A stretch of 64,000 nucleotides of DNA, from assembly GCA_036172245.1 (NCBI GenBank), contig JAYWIR010000021.1:2542001-2606000 (forward strand), given 5' to 3'. The notes beneath the pieces are model-generated. The model ran no database searches, was not told where the DNA came from, and was given only the letters and a program-made list of their open reading frames with translations. Position numbers and translations under genes: made by a program. How positions within the stretch are numbered: the stretch's first letter is position 1; each line of letters opens with the position of its first letter. Shown piece after piece: positions 60,751 through 64,000 of the stretch. This DNA is from Raillietiella orientalis (taxonomy: Eukaryota).

Positions 60751-61569
60751 CTAACATAATCAAAGCTGAAGATTTGGTGTCCAGATATGCAATGCTACTC
60801 CACGGAAGACATAGATGTCGGTCTATCAGGGAGAGTCATGTTTCATTGAGCTGAAGGGCGTACAAAGTGGATTCGATCTTCTCTCACAAGTTCCGGTCGG
60901 ACATCTTGTCCCAGGTGGTTATTCGATATTTATAACGTCCAGATCACGTTCATTCTTCCGGGAGCTTGTCTGCCAACTATCCGATCTCTTGATGCCATTA
61001 TGGTATCCTCTGAACTTACCTTCAACATAGCCGGACATTGACTTGAAAAAGTCCTCTTCCTTTCATGATTCTGAAAGCTGTTTTTCGGCCACTGAACAAA
61101 TAGTTTTGAAGGGATAGGTTCCTTACACACGAGTCTGGAGACGTGAGGAAGTTCAAAAAGCTGTCAGTTATAAAACTGTTGGCCTCGTCTGGAGACTAGG
61201 GAGGACAAAGCACTCTCTTGATAGGTGGGCGTAGAGGCGCTCCTTTGCTGTTCTGGGAGGTACGTCGATGCATTTCTTTATGAACTGTCTGACGATATTA
61301 TGCAGAAATGCCCATTCCTTGTTTTGAAATATCTCAGGCCGCTGATAATGTATTCGAATGGGGACAAAAAGGACTCATCCAATTTTTTCCCTGGGGTCAG
61401 TCCAACTTTGACAATATTCTGATGCTTCTTGAGGTCTCATGGCAATACACCTAAGCCTAAGGTTGAGATTTCGTTCCCGCCAGGTGTGAAAACTAATTTC
61501 TTTATCCTCTTGGCGCCATAGCCACAAAGTGTACTGAGAAGCACCTGGTGTAGTTGATGACGATCTCCA

Positions 61570-62190
61570 CACGAGTAACCTGCACCAACGTGGACAAAGT
61601 CCTTATGACTCCAGGATTAGAACTAAGTCGTCGACGTAGTGATAAACCTCCACTCTCAATCCAACCTTGAAAAATTGGTTAGATGAATACACTAAAGACC
61701 AACGAACTAAGATGGCATCCCTGATTCACTCCTCCGAGAATCAGGATGTTTTTATGGCTTAGGATCCGGATTGCACCGAAATGTACGTTTCCACGTAGGG
61801 GTCTTGTTTAATATTCTTCCTACTTCGATTCCCTTGTAGCCTTCCAAGAATCACCTCATGCAGGACTATTCAAACAGCACTTTAGAGATTCATAAATGCT
61901 GCACAATTATCTTATGAGCTTCTTTCTGGAGTAGTCTAGTCAAATGGAAGAAATCCTTCCTGCTCTTGGGAACAGATGATATTATCCATGATTCATTCCT
62001 GTAGCGAGAGGGATATACGACACACTGTGTCGTATATCCCTCTCTCATGTAGATAGTTGACATCCCCGATGAGGAATGGTCTTCATCCATTAATGTCACG
62101 GAACACCAGAGATGTCTGACATATGGAGAGCTGTAGACCAAGAAATGATCCTTAGGATCATGAGAAAGTTAGACCCGACAAATAAGTTCC
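61570..62190 (-). mobile_element. RTE-like LINE reverse transcriptase remnant
   Basis: STIYMREG..C (vpIyK.kGd..C), CAAFMNL (aF.DL.KA), GGVNQGCHLSSLVF (GV.QGC.LSP.LF) and HYVDDLVLI (catalytic Y.DD, ~61627-61638). Confidence 0.7.
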
Positions 62191-62329
62191 TGTTAGTACA
62201 TGAAGGTAATGTTGGTGAATGTCACTTTCAAGATCATGATGAAGAGAAAGGAGAATAACTCATTACAGAAGGGAAGCAATGGTTTCCAAGTGGATGTTCC
62301 GAGTACAATCCTGTTCTTTCTTTATATGG

Positions 62330-62800
62330 ATGCCGTATCGATTCTGATTGAGAGAGGCAGTCGTCTCAAGGCAGTTGCCTTTGAGACGACTGCTGGATGT
62401 CTCAGAGGCATCCATAGGGAAGAAGAATCTCTTAATCAATTGGAGTACATCTACGATTTTCTGTCCTTCATGAAGAACGAAGAAGGTCAAAAAGTGCTCT
62501 ATAAGGTTGCTCGGTCTATAAAGGCAGATTGGACTTGAAAACCAATGATCCAAAATCTGAACTCCCTACCATAGAAAGCACAGTCACCATCATCCTGAGG
62601 AATACGAAAGGAATTACGTGTGGTCGATACCGTAAGTATTTGGAGAAACAGCATTAATGAACAGAAATGGCATCGTTAATGCATCGGAATGAAATCTCGG
62701 AACTCTCTAGGGAAAAAAAGACCAAATGCAACCGATCTCATTTTAGACAGAAACGATTCTTGGATCCCAAGATCCGTTTTGGGAATCTTCGACCCAATGC
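62330..62800 (+). mobile_element. RTE-like LINE pre-RT linker fragment in the opposite orientation
   Basis: YDFLSFMKNEEGQKVLYKVARS (~lY..L.tkEGeK.lYrlAr) followed by GRYRKYLE (~RW.eYFe). Confidence 0.5.
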
Positions 62801-63239
62801 CGATATCAGTCCTGAAACGGCCGAGTGACATTTAGAGAAATCTAATCTGGAAAGGAGCAAAATTTCAAGTTAGCCGAAACACCTGTGCATCTCAATAGAA
62901 GAAAGTGGAAGCGAAATGAAGGATCTAAAGCAAGAGGTTAACATGGAATTTGTACCTTGTAGTGCCGAAACGTTCATTTATAATAAGTAAATAAATTGAC
63001 ATGCGATAACCTTAACGCTAACAGGGTGAAGAATACACTGGGATCACTTTAGTGACACAGGGGAGCGAGGGAAAGGAGTGAGTCACTTAGAGCGTCAGTT
63101 GTCCTGCAAGTGACCGCCTCCAGCTCTTTGTGATCTCTTGTCTCCAGATGTTTCCATCTTCAGCCCTTCTCCAGATATACAGCTTCCTATATATCCGAAG
63201 AACGTCTTTATGGACTCGTTGGTGCTTTAGGGAGTACCT

Positions 63240-63620
63240 AGTTGCCATGGTAGCATTTATAAAGCAGATGATGGCTATGTACACCGCTTTCATCTGCCCC
63301 TTTTGTAGGAAGAAAAGACTGAACATGTCTTTGGAGCTCGACTTCGGAAGGAGCAGGTTGTGTGCCACTCTTCACCATCCGTGTTGGAGGTCCTGAAATC
63401 CTGTCAGAAGATGCAGAAAAAGATCGTTTTCTGAGCATTTTGCTGTGGGGATCTATTTTCTCCTGAGATACGTGGATGAGTAGACAGTCATTTGGAAGAG
63501 CCCAGTGTATCATTAAGGCCAAGAGATGCTGGACATTCAAGGGAACCGACGAGAGTTCCAGGTAATTGGGAGCAGCTTCCACCGAACTTCCGCGAAGAAA
63601 TAGGTAGATCGTTCACAGCT
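63240..63620 (-). mobile_element. Possible hAT dimerisation-domain remnant
   Basis: EAAPNYLELSSVPL..PHSKMLRKR resembles the pattern yP.L..ia..l.. ihsK.Rn. Confidence 0.25.
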
Positions 63621-64000
63621 CCAATCCTCTGGCACTGGATGCTTTCTGTAGAGAAGCTGCTACCAAGCTGGGTTTGCAGCTGCCCAAAAGTACTTCCCTC
63701 CCATCTCTGAGCCAGATTATTTTCCACCTTGGCGGTTGTTCTGAGTCAGACTTGCTCCTCAGCCACTAAAGCATTCTGGGGAGGTGTATGTTTGTTATCC
63801 TGACTCTTGCTTTCGAGAACTTCTCCGCCTCTCCCATATTTAGATCTTCGATCTTTCGGAGAAGATATGTGCACCATCGTTCTCCTGTGGCGGTTTGTAA
63901 CCAAAGCATCAATGACATCGTCTGCCAGGAGCGATATTTGTTCGGATGACAGCTCAGCTCTTGATGTCTGCTAAGTTGTTTGCCTTTCTCCCTATGAGGG

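Overview
Eukaryotic genomic DNA, most likely a non-dipteran arthropod (a Dpr-family gene, a Rad6 very close to the arthropod form, degenerate TTAGG repeats). Three spliced protein-coding genes can be rebuilt by hand. (1) A two-Ig-domain Dpr/ZIG-8-like cell-surface gene on +, spread over ~25 kb (five firm exons 19408-37082 plus a candidate first exon at 12153). (2) A 7-exon UFSP2 gene on + (52280-54457, 606 aa). (3) A 4-exon Rad6/UBE2A gene on - (56928-54576, 164 aa). UFSP2 and Rad6 are convergent, 118 bp apart, appear to share a palindromic double poly(A) signal, have mostly 43-57 nt introns and sit in an AT-rich, CpG-poor island (~50.6-57.5 kb). The rest is GC/CpG-richer DNA full of heavily eroded transposon remnants (Ty3/gypsy, CR1/L2-, Jockey- and RTE-like LINEs, hAT, mariner, possibly pogo) and a decayed array of a tRNA-headed SINE-like unit. 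Perfect short palindromes and short exact repeats recur inside otherwise decayed DNA, suggesting template-switch mutagenesis. No intact transposon, CRISPR array or rRNA was seen, and I cannot claim a clearly novel multi-gene system. All homology calls are by-eye motif recognition without database searches.
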